From Armatimonadota bacterium (lineage in GTDB: Bacteria > Armatimonadota > UBA10988), in assembly GCA_016235455.1 (NCBI GenBank), contig JACRKZ010000110.1:1-39675 (forward strand): 39,675 bases of DNA, written 5' to 3'. Below, in pieces: positions 26,344 to 36,626 of the stretch. The notes under the pieces are model-generated. The model made no database searches, had not been told where the DNA came from, and worked only from the letters and a program-made list of their open reading frames with translations. A program made the position numbers and the translations under genes. How positions within the stretch are numbered: position 1 is the stretch's first letter; every line of letters begins with the position of its first letter.

Positions 26344-29300
26344 ATGTCCGACTTTCTCACTGAACTCGCCAAGCGAGTCCTGGTGGCCGATGGCGCCATG
26401 GGCACCGTCTTGCAGTCCCACGATCTCAGCCTCGACGACTTCGACGGTCGGGAAGGCTGCAACGAGATCCTCTGCCTGACCCGGCCCGATGTCGTGCGCG
26501 CCATCCACGAGCGCTACTTCGAGGTGGGCTGCGACTGCGTCGAGACCAACGCCTTCGGTGCCAACGCCGTGGTGCTCAACGAGTACGAGCTGGGCGACCG
26601 CACCTACGACATCAACCTGGCCGCTGCCCGGCTGGCGACGGAGGCCGCGAGCCGCGTCCGCACCTCGCTGTGGCCGCGCTTTGTGCTGGGCAACCTGGGA
26701 CCGGGCACCCGACTGCCCAGCCTGGGCCACATCGATTTCGACACGCTGGCCGGCTACTACCGCGACCAGGTCATCGGCCTCATCGACGGCGGAGTCGACG
26801 CGCTGATCCTCGAGACCTGCCAGGACATTCTGCAGGTCAAGTGCGCCTTGGCTGGCATCGATGACGCGGCGCGCCAGGCTGGCCGCCGTCCGCCGGTCAT
26901 CGTGCAGGTGACCATGGAAACCACGGGCACCATGCTCTGCGGCACCGAGCTGGGCGCCGCCCTGACCAGCGTGCTGGGCTACGACATCCAGATGTTCGGC
27001 CTCAACTGCGCCACCGGCCCCGAGCTGATGGAAGACCATGTGCGCTATCTGGCCGAGCACTGCCCGCTGCCCATCTCGGTCATGCCCAATGCCGGGCTGC
27101 CGCAGTTGCAGGGCGGACGGACCGTGTACCCGCTGGGCCCGGAGCAGTTGGCTTCGTGGCATGAGCGCTTCGTCATGGAGTACGGCGTGCGCCTGGTGGG
27201 TGGCTGCTGCGGCACGTCGCCCGACCATCTGGCCGCCGTGGCCGAGCGCATCGGCACCCGTGCCCACGCCCTGCCGCCGGCCGACTTCGAGCCGTCGCTA
27301 TCCAGCCTCTACCAGCGCGTCACTGTGGCCCAGGAGAACAGCTTCCTGATGGTCGGCGAGCGCTGCAACACGTCGGGCTCCAAGGCCTTCCGCGAGATGC
27401 TCCAAGCCGGCGACTGGGACGGGATGGTGCAGCTCGCGCGGCAGCAGGTGCGGGGCGGCGCCATGGTGCTCGACCTGTGCGTCGACTACGTGGGCCGCGA
27501 CGGCGTGGTCGACATGACCGAGGTGGCCAGCCGCTTCGCGACGCAGGTGCAAGTGCCGATCATGGTCGACAGCACCGAGGCACCCGTCCTGGAGTCCGCG
27601 CTCAAGCATCTCGGCGGCAAGTCGGTCATCAATTCGGTCAACCTGGAGAACGGCCTGGAGCGGCCGGCGCAGATCTTCCCCATGGCCAAGCGCTACAACG
27701 CCGCCGTCGTGGCGCTGACCATCGACGAGGAAGGCATGGCGCGCACCGCCGACCGCAAGGTGGAGATCGCCCGGCGCATCTACGACATCGCGGTCGATGA
27801 GTATGGCCTCGACCCGCGCGACCTTTACTTCGACGCGCTCACGCTGCCGGTCAGCACCGGCATCGAAGAGGACCGCGCCAACGCCCGCGAGACCGTAGAG
27901 GGCATCCGCCGCATCAAGGAGGCCTGCCCCGGCAGCCTCACGCTGCTCGGTCTGAGCAACGTGAGCTTCGGGCTCAAGCCCGCCGCGCGCGCGGTGCTCA
28001 ACTCGGTCTTCCTGCACGAGTGTCGCGAGGCCGGGCTCGACAGCGCCATCCTCCACGCCTCGAAGATCATGCCGCTGTACAAGATCGACGACCGCCAGCG
28101 CGAGGTCTGTCTCGACCTCATTTACGATCGTCGTCGGCCTGACTACGACCCGCTCACCGAGTTGGTCAAGCTGTTCGAGACGGTCACCACCCAGGCTGCC
28201 GAAGCGCGACCCGACCTGCCGCTGGAGGAAGACCTGCCCCGGCGCATCGTCGAAGGCGACCGCAACGGCCTGGAGGCGCAGCTCGATCTCGCGCTGGCGC
28301 ACTATGAGCCGTTGACGATCATCAACGACTACCTGCTGGCTGGCATGAAGACGGTCGGTGAGCTGTTCGGCACGGGCCAGATGCAACTGCCGTTCGTGCT
28401 GCAGAGCGCCGAGGTGATGAAGTCGGCCGTGGCCTACCTTGAGCCGCACATGCCCAAATCGGAGTCCGGCCGCAGCCGCGGGACGATGGTGCTGGCCACG
28501 GTCAAGAGCGATGTGCACGATATCGGCAAGAACTTGGTCGACATCATCCTCACCAACAACGGCTACCGCGTGGTCAACCTGGGCATCAAGCAACCGCTCA
28601 ACGCCATCGTCGACGCGGCGCTGCAGGAAGGTGCCGACGTCATCGGCCTGTCCGGCCTGCTGGTCAAGTCGACCCTGGTCATGCGCGACAACCTCGACGA
28701 GATGAACCGGCGCGGTCTCTCCTACTTCCCGGTGGTTCTGGGCGGCGCGGCGCTCACCCGTGCCTATGTCGAGCAGGATCTGCGCGCGCTCTACGACGGG
28801 GAGGTCTTCTACGGCGAGGACGCCTTCGAGGGCCTGGACACGATGGAGAAGCTGTGCAGCCCCGAGGCGCGGCTGGCTCGCCGCGAGCGGGTACGCCGGC
28901 TGTCGGGTCACGCTGAACCCGAGGTCGCGGCCGAGCCGGTCAAGTGCGACTGCGGCGTGGTGCACGGCACGGTCCCCCAAGTGGTGAGCGAACCAACCGT
29001 GGCTCTCGACGTGCCTGTGCCCGCGGCGCCGTTCGTCGGCTCGCAGGTGTGGGAGGACTTCGATCTGGCCGAGCTGGCCACCTACGTCAACCCGCTGGCG
29101 CTCTATGGCGGCCAGTTCCGGGTGCGCCGCCGCTCCGATGAGACGCGCGGCCAGTGGTGGAGCCGGGTGCAGCGCGAAGTGCTGCCCGCGGTCGAGGCCC
29201 TGCGCGAACGCATCGCCGCCGAGGCCATCTTCCAGCCCAAGGCGGTGGTCGGGTTCTACCCAGCAGCTGCGGAAGGCAACGATCTCATCGTGTACCAGCC

Positions 29301-29820
29301 CGAAAGTGGTGACGAGTGGGTGCGCTTCTCGTTCCCGCGCCAGACCGGCGGCCGCGGGCTCTGCCTGGCCGACTTCTTCCGCCGCGCCGGCGGACTGGAA
29401 CTGGATGTGCTGGGGGTGACCATCGTCACGCTGGGGGACCGCTGCCGCGAGTATGAGCAGGCGCTCATGGCCGACAACAAGTACACCGACTACCTGTACT
29501 TCCACGGCCTGGCGGTGGAGACCACCGAGGCGCTGGCCGAATTCACCCACCGCCGGCTGCGGCAGCTGTGGGGTATCGCCGGCGACGACGCCACCGACCC
29601 CGATGGCCTGTTCCGCCAGCAGTACCGCGGTGCGCGCTACAGCTTCGGCTATCCGGCCTGCCCCAACCTGGAAGACCAAGTGCAGCTTTTCGAACTGCTG
29701 CGGCCCGAGCGCATCGGCATCAGCCTGTCCGAGGAGTTCATGCTAGTGCCCGAAGTGGCCACGTCAGCCATCGTCGTGCATCATCCCGAGGCGCGGTACT
29801 TCGCGGTCAGCGAGGGCTGA
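26344..29820 (+). CDS. metH: Cobalamin-dependent methionine synthase
   Basis: DGAMGT, GLNCATGP, GGCCGT, GERCN, DVHDIGKN, SGLL, RYSFGYPACP; true start ATG 26344. Confidence 0.97.
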   Translation: MSDFLTELAKRVLVADGAMGTVLQSHDLSLDDFDGREGCNEILCLTRPDVVRAIHERYFEVGCDCVETNAFGANAVVLNEYELGDRTYDINLAAARLATEAASRVRTSLWPRFVLGNLGPGTRLPSLGHIDFDTLAGYYRDQVIGLIDGGVDALILETCQDILQVKCALAGIDDAARQAGRRPPVIVQVTMETTGTMLCGTELGAALTSVLGYDIQMFGLNCATGPELMEDHVRYLAEHCPLPISVMPNAGLPQLQGGRTVYPLGPEQLASWHERFVMEYGVRLVGGCCGTSPDHLAAVAERIGTRAHALPPADFEPSLSSLYQRVTVAQENSFLMVGERCNTSGSKAFREMLQAGDWDGMVQLARQQVRGGAMVLDLCVDYVGRDGVVDMTEVASRFATQVQVPIMVDSTEAPVLESALKHLGGKSVINSVNLENGLERPAQIFPMAKRYNAAVVALTIDEEGMARTADRKVEIARRIYDIAVDEYGLDPRDLYFDALTLPVSTGIEEDRANARETVEGIRRIKEACPGSLTLLGLSNVSFGLKPAARAVLNSVFLHECREAGLDSAILHASKIMPLYKIDDRQREVCLDLIYDRRRPDYDPLTELVKLFETVTTQAAEARPDLPLEEDLPRRIVEGDRNGLEAQLDLALAHYEPLTIINDYLLAGMKTVGELFGTGQMQLPFVLQSAEVMKSAVAYLEPHMPKSESGRSRGTMVLATVKSDVHDIGKNLVDIILTNNGYRVVNLGIKQPLNAIVDAALQEGADVIGLSGLLVKSTLVMRDNLDEMNRRGLSYFPVVLGGAALTRAYVEQDLRALYDGEVFYGEDAFEGLDTMEKLCSPEARLARRERVRRLSGHAEPEVAAEPVKCDCGVVHGTVPQVVSEPTVALDVPVPAAPFVGSQVWEDFDLAELATYVNPLALYGGQFRVRRRSDETRGQWWSRVQREVLPAVEALRERIAAEAIFQPKAVVGFYPAAAEGNDLIVYQPESGDEWVRFSFPRQTGGRGLCLADFFRRAGGLELDVLGVTIVTLGDRCREYEQALMADNKYTDYLYFHGLAVETTEALAEFTHRRLRQLWGIAGDDATDPDGLFRQQYRGARYSFGYPACPNLEDQVQLFELLRPERIGISLSEEFMLVPEVATSAIVVHHPEARYFAVSEG

Positions 29821-30583
29821 TGGCTCGGGTCAGGAAGTGCCAGGCCACCTCGGCGATGTCGAAATCGGCGCTCAGATCGAGCGTGTGCCCGGCATCCTCG
29901 ACCCACCACAGGGCCACCTCGGCGCCGCCCGGCCCGGCGGCCGGCCAGTGGGTGATGGTGGCGGGCTGATCGAGGGTCTCGGGTGATCCACAGCCGTTGT
30001 GCTCTGCCCAACGCTGGGCGGTCTGCTCGGCGGTCAGGAAGGGCATCCCACGGAAGTGGCCCCGGCGACCGAACATGCGGTCCTGGGCACCCATGAGCTG
30101 CAGCACCGAGACCGGCGCGGCCGGCGTGAAGTGCTCCGCGGCGCAGGGCGGCATGGTGGCGCAGACGCAGACCACGCCCGCAACCAGCTCGGCGCGCTCG
30201 ACGGCCAGACGCTGGCAGAGCGCCGCGCCGTTGGAGAAACCGACCGCGCACACGGCCCCGCGATTGATGGGCGCCTCCCCCGCGACCGACTCGACCAGCG
30301 CCGCGGCCAGCGCGACATCGTCGGCGGCCAGCGTCTCGCGTACTTCGTCGTCCAGACCGGCATTCCAGCGCAAACCCACCCCAGCCGGCGCCACCAGCGC
30401 GAACCGCTCGCGCTGGGCGAGTGGCAGAAACCGATCGAACAGCGACTCCGGCGCTTCGCCCGCGCCGTGGAAGGCCAGCAGCAGGGGCATGGGCCCAGCG
30501 CCGTCGCCAGGCACAAAGAGACGGTACACGCGATCACGCTCGCCGACACGCAGCGAGCGGTCCGCGCAAATGCCGGGGGACAT
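29807..30583 (-). CDS. PHB depolymerase/LpqC-like alpha/beta hydrolase (esterase)
   Basis: PLLLAFHG, WNAG, DDV, GFSNGA nucleophile elbow, GH. Confidence 0.85.
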   Translation of the reverse strand: MSPGICADRSLRVGERDRVYRLFVPGDGAGPMPLLLAFHGAGEAPESLFDRFLPLAQRERFALVAPAGVGLRWNAGLDDEVRETLAADDVALAAALVESVAGEAPINRGAVCAVGFSNGAALCQRLAVERAELVAGVVCVCATMPPCAAEHFTPAAPVSVLQLMGAQDRMFGRRGHFRGMPFLTAEQTAQRWAEHNGCGSPETLDQPATITHWPAAGPGGAEVALWWVEDAGHTLDLSADFDIAEVAWHFLTRAISPR

Positions 30584-30588
30584 CGTGG

Positions 30589-31977
30589 CTAGGCCGACCG
30601 GTGGAAGTGGACCAGCATGTACAGGCCCGCCTCGGTGGGCAGGGTCATGACCCGCGTCTCCAGCGGCACGCCGCTGGCCACGAGGTGGAACATGCCTTGC
30701 TGGCTGTGGTCGGTGTCCATCAAATCCAGCCCGGCCATCAGATGGATACGATGCAGCAGCGACTTCTGTCCCGCTGGCGGAATGACCATCATCGGCTCGA
30801 AGTGCCCGCCGGCCTCGCTGCTCTTGCGGGTCAGCGCGCGCAGCAGGCCCTTGTGTGGCTCGAGCACCAAGTCGCGCGCGCCACTGTCCGAGGCCTGGCC
30901 GAGCACGGCGACGGTCAGCCGCACCGCGGCCAACTGCTGCTCGATGTTCTGTACCACGATGTTCTTGGCCCGGTTGCGGTCGATGCCGAGCGACGGCGGC
31001 GGCCAGTCGGGCGAGGCTAACGCGGCCAGCGAGTCGTCAATCAGCTGGCGGCGCTCGAGCGCGCGGCGCTGCTTCATCGCCGCCGCGTCCAGCACTCGGA
31101 GCTGGGCCATGTCGGTGCCCCGGCCGGGCAGGATGCGCACGTAGAACTCGATGTCGCGCTTGCCCGCGGCGTACGGGATGGAGCCGGTCTGCTCAGAGCC
31201 CACGAGCGACAGGTTGCAGCCGGCATCAAGCTTCAGGCAGCGCAGCAACTCGTCATACGGACACGGCGGATCGCACGGCAACGGTTGCAAGGCGGTCTCG
31301 ACGCGCGCCTGGAGCACCGGCTTGCCTTCGGGGTCGGGCAGCATGCGAATTTCGGTGGCGCCCATCTGCAGCGCGAACTCGAAGGCGTTGTCCAGCGCGA
31401 TGCGCGCCTTGGTGCCCTCGGTCGCGGCGCGTGGCCGTTGCGCGGCCATGGGGTTGGCGTCGATGGAGGCGTCGTATTCCTTCTCCATCTCGGCCAGCGC
31501 GTCGGCCGCCAGCTTGTTGCCACCCAGCGAGGCCAGCGCCGGGTCGACCTGTGGCGCGGCCGGCTTGTCACTCGACAACTCGGTCAACGCCTGCTCAATC
31601 TCATACGCCAGGCCCATCATGGGCCGCACCGAGCCCACGAAGCGGCGCAACTCGTCGACCTTGAAGACGTCGCCGGGGTCAGCCATGGCGACGACCAGGT
31701 CGTTGCCCGAGACGGCCACGGGTATGGCCACCAGCTTGCGCAGCGTGGCCATGGGGATGCGCCCGACCAGCGCGGGCTCAATGATCATCGCCGCCACCCG
31801 CGCGAACCGCAGGTGCAACTGCTGCGCCTTCACTGCCGCAGCCGCGGCCGCGGGATCCGGCGGCACGGCCCGGAACTGCTGGTTGCAGCGACCGCACTTC
31901 GCCGTCTGGCCGCGATGCGACTCCTGGATATCCGGATAGGTTGCCCCACAGTAGGGGCACGTGGCCCGAAATGCCAT
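30589..31977 (-). CDS. Zinc ribbon plus GspE/PilB N-terminal domains, lacking the ATPase domain
   Basis: CPYC...CGRC; AIPVAVSGNDLVVAMADP (T2SSE_N); two copies of the PilB N2 domain; no Walker A motif; AAGGAGG RBS before ATG 31977. Confidence 0.75.
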   Translation of the reverse strand: MAFRATCPYCGATYPDIQESHRGQTAKCGRCNQQFRAVPPDPAAAAAAVKAQQLHLRFARVAAMIIEPALVGRIPMATLRKLVAIPVAVSGNDLVVAMADPGDVFKVDELRRFVGSVRPMMGLAYEIEQALTELSSDKPAAPQVDPALASLGGNKLAADALAEMEKEYDASIDANPMAAQRPRAATEGTKARIALDNAFEFALQMGATEIRMLPDPEGKPVLQARVETALQPLPCDPPCPYDELLRCLKLDAGCNLSLVGSEQTGSIPYAAGKRDIEFYVRILPGRGTDMAQLRVLDAAAMKQRRALERRQLIDDSLAALASPDWPPPSLGIDRNRAKNIVVQNIEQQLAAVRLTVAVLGQASDSGARDLVLEPHKGLLRALTRKSSEAGGHFEPMMVIPPAGQKSLLHRIHLMAGLDLMDTDHSQQGMFHLVASGVPLETRVMTLPTEAGLYMLVHFHRSA

Positions 31978-32068
31978 GCCGGAGCCTCCTTGCCTGCGAC
32001 CTCTGTCCACCAACGCAGCGACGGCCATGGTACGTCTCACCTTCCTCGGATATCAAGATGATGGCAAT

Positions 32069-32086
32069 CCGCTGACACGTCAGCGG
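32069..32086. promoter_or_regulatory. Palindrome in the intergenic region upstream of the PilB-like gene
   Basis: CCGCTGAC-AC-GTCAGCGG. Confidence 0.3.
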
Positions 32087-32156
32087 GGGAATCCGAGTTC
32101 AGTTCCGACGACCCTCGCCCTCGCTCGCTTCCATACGTAGTTGTAGCACGCCAATG

Positions 32157-33867
32157 TTAACGGCGTACGGCCTTGAGGTAGCGCTCCTCTTGGCGCGCGC
32201 GTTCCTCCCGATCGCCCACGGCGTCGGTCACCCTTCGCCACAACAGCCACCAGCCAAACGGCGAGATGATCTCCCGCTCGCGCGCCTCGGGCAAGGCCTC
32301 GAAACGCCTCGCCGCGTCATACCACGCACTCACCAGGTGCGGGTCGACCGCGGCTCGGTGAGCCAGATGGCGCAGCGCCAGAGGATACAGACGATGCGTG
32401 TTGCTCGGCACATCCACCGCCCCGCCCAACACCTCGCTCGTCAACTCGTTGGCTCTAGACGACAGGGCGGCGACGTTAGTTTCGCCCCAGATCGCGCCCT
32501 CCCTCTCGGCACAGTACTCCAAATCCTCCCACAGGTCGGCAACTGCCTCCGGCGAGCGCAAGCGGCCCACCAGATCGAACACCGCGCTCAGCATGGAGCG
32601 CGTCGGTTCAGGGCGCAGATGACCCAGCAGCGACGGCCAGGCCAGGCGCCGCACCAGCCGCCACGCGGCCATGCCGGCCACCGGTAGCGCTGCTTCGCGC
32701 GCACACAGCAGTTCGATGGCCTGGGCGCGGATCGGCCGCTCGCCCGCGCGCTCGACGAAGTCCAGCCAGAACGGCTCATCGAGCACCGCCGGCTGCTGGT
32801 TGGCCAGCGCGTCAATGCGCGCAAAGCCACGGTATGCCGCCGCCGGCGTCGAGGTTGGGTTGCACCACAACTCCAGCGCACACCACGCCGCCGCGCGCGC
32901 GCTCACGGCTGGCCGGCACGCCCGACCAGAGTCGGCCCACCGCCGCGCTAAGCGCCTCGGGCGGGTAGTCGCGGGCCTCGCAGTAGGCTGCCGCCAGCGA
33001 CCAGTCATCGGGCGACAGCGGCCGCGCCAACAGCATCGCTTCCAGTGCGAAGGCCGGTGGCTCGACATGACGGCGCACCCACGCGCGGCGGCCCACGGCC
33101 CTGGCCGGCGGCCAGGCGCCGATGCGTGCGGCCAGCGCCGCGGCCAAGCGCTCCTGGGCCCGCATCGTGCCCACCGCCACCAGGCCCAGCAGCGCCACCA
33201 CCACGCTGGCCCAGATGGGTAGCGAGACGATGGCGGCGGTCACGGTGCCGGCGGCGATCAGCGCCCGCAGTACCAACGACTCGATGCCGGCCAGGGCTGG
33301 CCAGCTCTCGTCGTAGTCGTCGACGAACAGCAGTGGTGTTGTCGCCCGCCAGATCCACGGCAGCAACACGAGGGCCAGTCCCATGACCACGGCCCACGAG
33401 TGGCCGTCGTCGTCCACCGTGTAGAGAAGCGCCTGGGCGACCATGGCCAGCAGCACCGCCAGGTACAGCATGTGCAGCGCCAGCAGCGCCAGTCGGCCGG
33501 GGAAGTGGACTGCCGTCTCGCCGCGCCGGTCACGCCTGGCCAGCGAACCCGCCACCGCCAGTGCGAGGTAGACGGCCATCAGGCCGGCGCCCATGGCATC
33601 GCGCTGACCGGCCAGCCAGGTCAGGCCAGCGGCGACTCCGCCGACCAACGTGCCGCACAGCAGGCCGCCCAAGAACCATGGCCGAGAGTCGAGCCAGGGC
33701 GGCAACGGGGTCTGGCAGGCGACCAACCGCTCGGCCAGATCGTCATCGTCGGTGGTCAGCCAGGCCCACCAGGCCAGCCGGCCCAGCGGCACGCTGTAGG
33801 GTAGCGGGACCGCGGTCTTGGACAGCGGCGGGCGTGATGTCGGTGGGGCTGAGGGTGGGGCTGCCAT
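32157..33867 (-). pseudogene. Hypothetical membrane protein split by a frameshift at a (GC)5 tract
   Basis: ORFs 32812-33867 and 32157-33068 overlap in different frames; adding one GC unit at 32893-32902 joins them (...SRERARAAAWCALE...) into about 570 aa. Confidence 0.65.
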
Positions 33868-33870
33868 GTG

Positions 33871-34764
33871 CTAGTCAGCGTTCCAGCCGCGAATCGCCTC
33901 CACGGCCAGCCGTGCATAGCGATCCAGCACCGCAGCGGAGTTCCCGTCGCGGAGCGGGGAGCACATCTCGTAGGTGACCCAGCCGTCGTACCCGCCGTCC
34001 ATCAGGCCGCACCAGAACTGCTCGTAAGCCACCAGGCCCTCGCCCAGTGGCACGGCCACGGCCTCGTCGGGCTCCAGCCGCTGATAGTTGATGCAGTTGG
34101 GCTGGTACTGCCAGCGAGGCCGCGTCACGTAATCGGCGACCGTCGTGTTCAGGGTCAGCGGCGCCAGCCGCAGCGCCGCCTGGTACAGGTCCTCGCCGCG
34201 CAGCGCGGGCGACCAGGCGTCGAACGCCGCGCGGCAGGCCGGATGGTCCACGCCGCGCAGCAGCGCCTCGAACGCGCCCGAGTCGACGGCCAGGTCGTGA
34301 TGGTTCTGCACCGCCAGCGTGACGCCGTGCGCTTCGGCCCGGCGCGCCGACTCGGCCAACGCCTCGGTGACCCGCCGCCAGGCCTCGGCCGGCGCCAGAT
34401 CAGGCCGACCGTAGCCGGTGAACACGCGCACCAGCGATCCACCCAGTGCGGCGCAGACTCTGCACAGTTCGTCCACGGCCCCGAGGGTCTGCTCAAGCAA
34501 CGGCACCTCGGCGCCGGCCGAGCGAGCCAGGTAGTCGGTGTAGCCGGCCAGACCGACGATGGTCAGGCCCAACCCGTCGGCCAGCGCGCGGAGTGCCGCG
34601 CACCGCTCGGCGGGCAGGTCGAGGGGCGAGGCATGCGGACGCTTGCCCATGAGCAGCACGCCGTCGTAGCCGAGGTCGGCCGCCCGGCGCAGCGTGTCCT
34701 CGATCGACAGAGCCGGCTGACCCCACAAGCCGGCGTACGACACAGTGTGCAGTGCTACCTTCAT
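33871..34764 (-). CDS. Sugar phosphate isomerase/epimerase (AP endonuclease 2 TIM barrel)
   Basis: AADLGYDGV, LAVQNHHD, VPLGEG, GYDGWVTYE. Confidence 0.88.
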   Translation of the reverse strand: MKVALHTVSYAGLWGQPALSIEDTLRRAADLGYDGVLLMGKRPHASPLDLPAERCAALRALADGLGLTIVGLAGYTDYLARSAGAEVPLLEQTLGAVDELCRVCAALGGSLVRVFTGYGRPDLAPAEAWRRVTEALAESARRAEAHGVTLAVQNHHDLAVDSGAFEALLRGVDHPACRAAFDAWSPALRGEDLYQAALRLAPLTLNTTVADYVTRPRWQYQPNCINYQRLEPDEAVAVPLGEGLVAYEQFWCGLMDGGYDGWVTYEMCSPLRDGNSAAVLDRYARLAVEAIRGWNAD

Positions 34765-35747
34765 GGCTCACTCGTCCCCAGCCACCCGCGTTCGGTGGCG
34801 ATGCGCCAGCATTCCGGCATCAGCGTGTAGCCCACATGGCCCTGGTCGGCTTCGGCATACACCGCGCCCGACCAGTGCTCCGCCAAGGCTTGTACCAGGT
34901 GCGGCGGCGCAACCCGGTCCTGACGGCCGGCCATGAGCAGGATGCGCTCCGGCGCCATCGCCGGCCGATGGTGGCGCGGGCACAGCAGTGGCACATAGCT
35001 CGCCATCATCTCGCGCGTCACGCCGGACCGGCGCAGCTGTCGCCGGATGACCAGGCTGACCGGCGACTCGCACATGGCGTACTCCAGATCAACTATCGGC
35101 TCCAGCAGCCACGCGGTGTAGAGATCCGGTTCACAAACCGCCAGCAGGGCGCCGATCAGCGCGCCGTAGCTGTTGCCCCAGACCGCCCACCGCGGGCAGC
35201 CGCGCGCGCGCAGGGCAGCGGCCACCAGGCGCAGTTCGATGACGGCTTGCCGCACGCCTTCGGCGCTGCGCACAAGGTTGGCCGAGAAGGCCAACTCGCC
35301 ACTGGCCGCACCCCGAGGGCAGCGATCGTAGTGGTACGGCAGATGCGCGAAGATGGCTGTCCAGCCGGCCGCGTTCAGCCGGTGAGACCAGCGCCGGTAG
35401 CCGCGGTCCGAGACCGACATGAGCGCATGCAGCAGCACCATGGCCGGCGAACGCCAGCCGTTGGGGCCGAGCCGAATGTCCAGGCGGACACGGTCGTTGG
35501 CCGGCCAGTCCGTGCTCAGCGGGCTGGGCGCCTCGCAGCGACCCTCGTTCAACGCCAACGCGGCGCCGGGCGGCGGCGCCAGCCAGGCTGCGGGCCCCGC
35601 GGCGCGCCAGGTGTCGAAGTAGGCCTGCGTCGCCTCACTGTCCAGACGGCCACCTCGGGCTCGCCACTGCATAGCGTTCATGGCGGCGAACGAGGCCGCG
35701 TCCACGGCGATGGCTTTGGTCCGCGCCCACAGCACGCCCGCGCTCAC
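34761..35747 (-). CDS. Alpha/beta hydrolase
   Basis: GNSYG nucleophile, GRQDRVAP, GHVGY; GTGA overlap with the acyltransferase stop. Confidence 0.82.
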   Translation of the reverse strand: MSAGVLWARTKAIAVDAASFAAMNAMQWRARGGRLDSEATQAYFDTWRAAGPAAWLAPPPGAALALNEGRCEAPSPLSTDWPANDRVRLDIRLGPNGWRSPAMVLLHALMSVSDRGYRRWSHRLNAAGWTAIFAHLPYHYDRCPRGAASGELAFSANLVRSAEGVRQAVIELRLVAAALRARGCPRWAVWGNSYGALIGALLAVCEPDLYTAWLLEPIVDLEYAMCESPVSLVIRRQLRRSGVTREMMASYVPLLCPRHHRPAMAPERILLMAGRQDRVAPPHLVQALAEHWSGAVYAEADQGHVGYTLMPECWRIATERGWLGTSEP

Positions 35748-36550
35748 AGCAGCCCCGCTTCCTTCCACCGCTCCTGGGCGGTGCGCGGGACCAGCTGCTC
35801 CGCGTCCTCGCGTTCGGCCAGCACCTGCTGGTACATGCCGCGCAGCGCCTCGGCGCAGCGGCGCATAAGGTCGTCACGCTGTGCCGCGCCGCTCAGCGCG
35901 GGGTCGGCTTCGAGCGGCTCGCCCAGCCAGTAGACGACTCGCCCGCCGCGCCTGAACCACAGACGTCGCACGTAGAGCCGATCGGTGCCCAGAATGAGCA
36001 GGGGCCGCACGGGCACGCCCGCGCGAATGGCCAGCCCGGCCGTACCCGAAGGCCATGCGGCGCCCTCCAGGACGCTACGCTTGCCGCTGCGGATGCCGCC
36101 GTCAGGGAACACCGCCAGGATCCGGCCGCGCCGCAAGCGGTCGCGCATGCGCTGCACCGCGACCAGGTCGAGTGGTCGATCCGCGCTGTCCTCCGCGTCG
36201 GCCGGCGCCGTCCAGCGCAAGGCCACGCCGCGGTTGAGGGGCACGCAGTCCACCATGCGCAGGAGGAGGCCGAGGAACACATTGTCGTACAGCTCGCTGG
36301 TGGCCACGATGTCCACCTTCCGCGGGCTGCACCAGATGAGCCCGACCGCGTCCAGGTGGCTGATGTGGTTGCCCACCATGATCCACGGGCCCCGCGGCAT
36401 GGCGGCGAAACCACGCCGCTCGCGGCGCGCAAACAGGCCCGCCAGCAGCTGCACTACGACACGCCACGCGGAGTAACCGGCCCAGCGCTGGATCCTGGAT
36501 AGTGCCGTGTACGGCCGCGGATCGGGATCGGGATTGGCTCGTGGACGCAT
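35744..36550 (-). CDS. Lysophospholipid acyltransferase (PlsC-like)
   Basis: NHISHLD, VFPDGG, GVPVRP. Confidence 0.88.
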   Translation of the reverse strand: MRPRANPDPDPRPYTALSRIQRWAGYSAWRVVVQLLAGLFARRERRGFAAMPRGPWIMVGNHISHLDAVGLIWCSPRKVDIVATSELYDNVFLGLLLRMVDCVPLNRGVALRWTAPADAEDSADRPLDLVAVQRMRDRLRRGRILAVFPDGGIRSGKRSVLEGAAWPSGTAGLAIRAGVPVRPLLILGTDRLYVRRLWFRRGGRVVYWLGEPLEADPALSGAAQRDDLMRRCAEALRGMYQQVLAEREDAEQLVPRTAQERWKEAGLL

Positions 36551-36626
36551 GTGGCCATTGTAACGGCACCTGCGGCCATTGACGAATGTGGATCGCGCCT
36601 ACACACTGACCCCAGGTAGACGACAT

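Noticed and set aside
24019-29820. Extended 1715-aa MetH and 1082-aa PPIase ORFs overlapping each other
   Set aside because: The extensions are antisense read-through; recognisable domains and promoters place the starts at 26344 and 26244.
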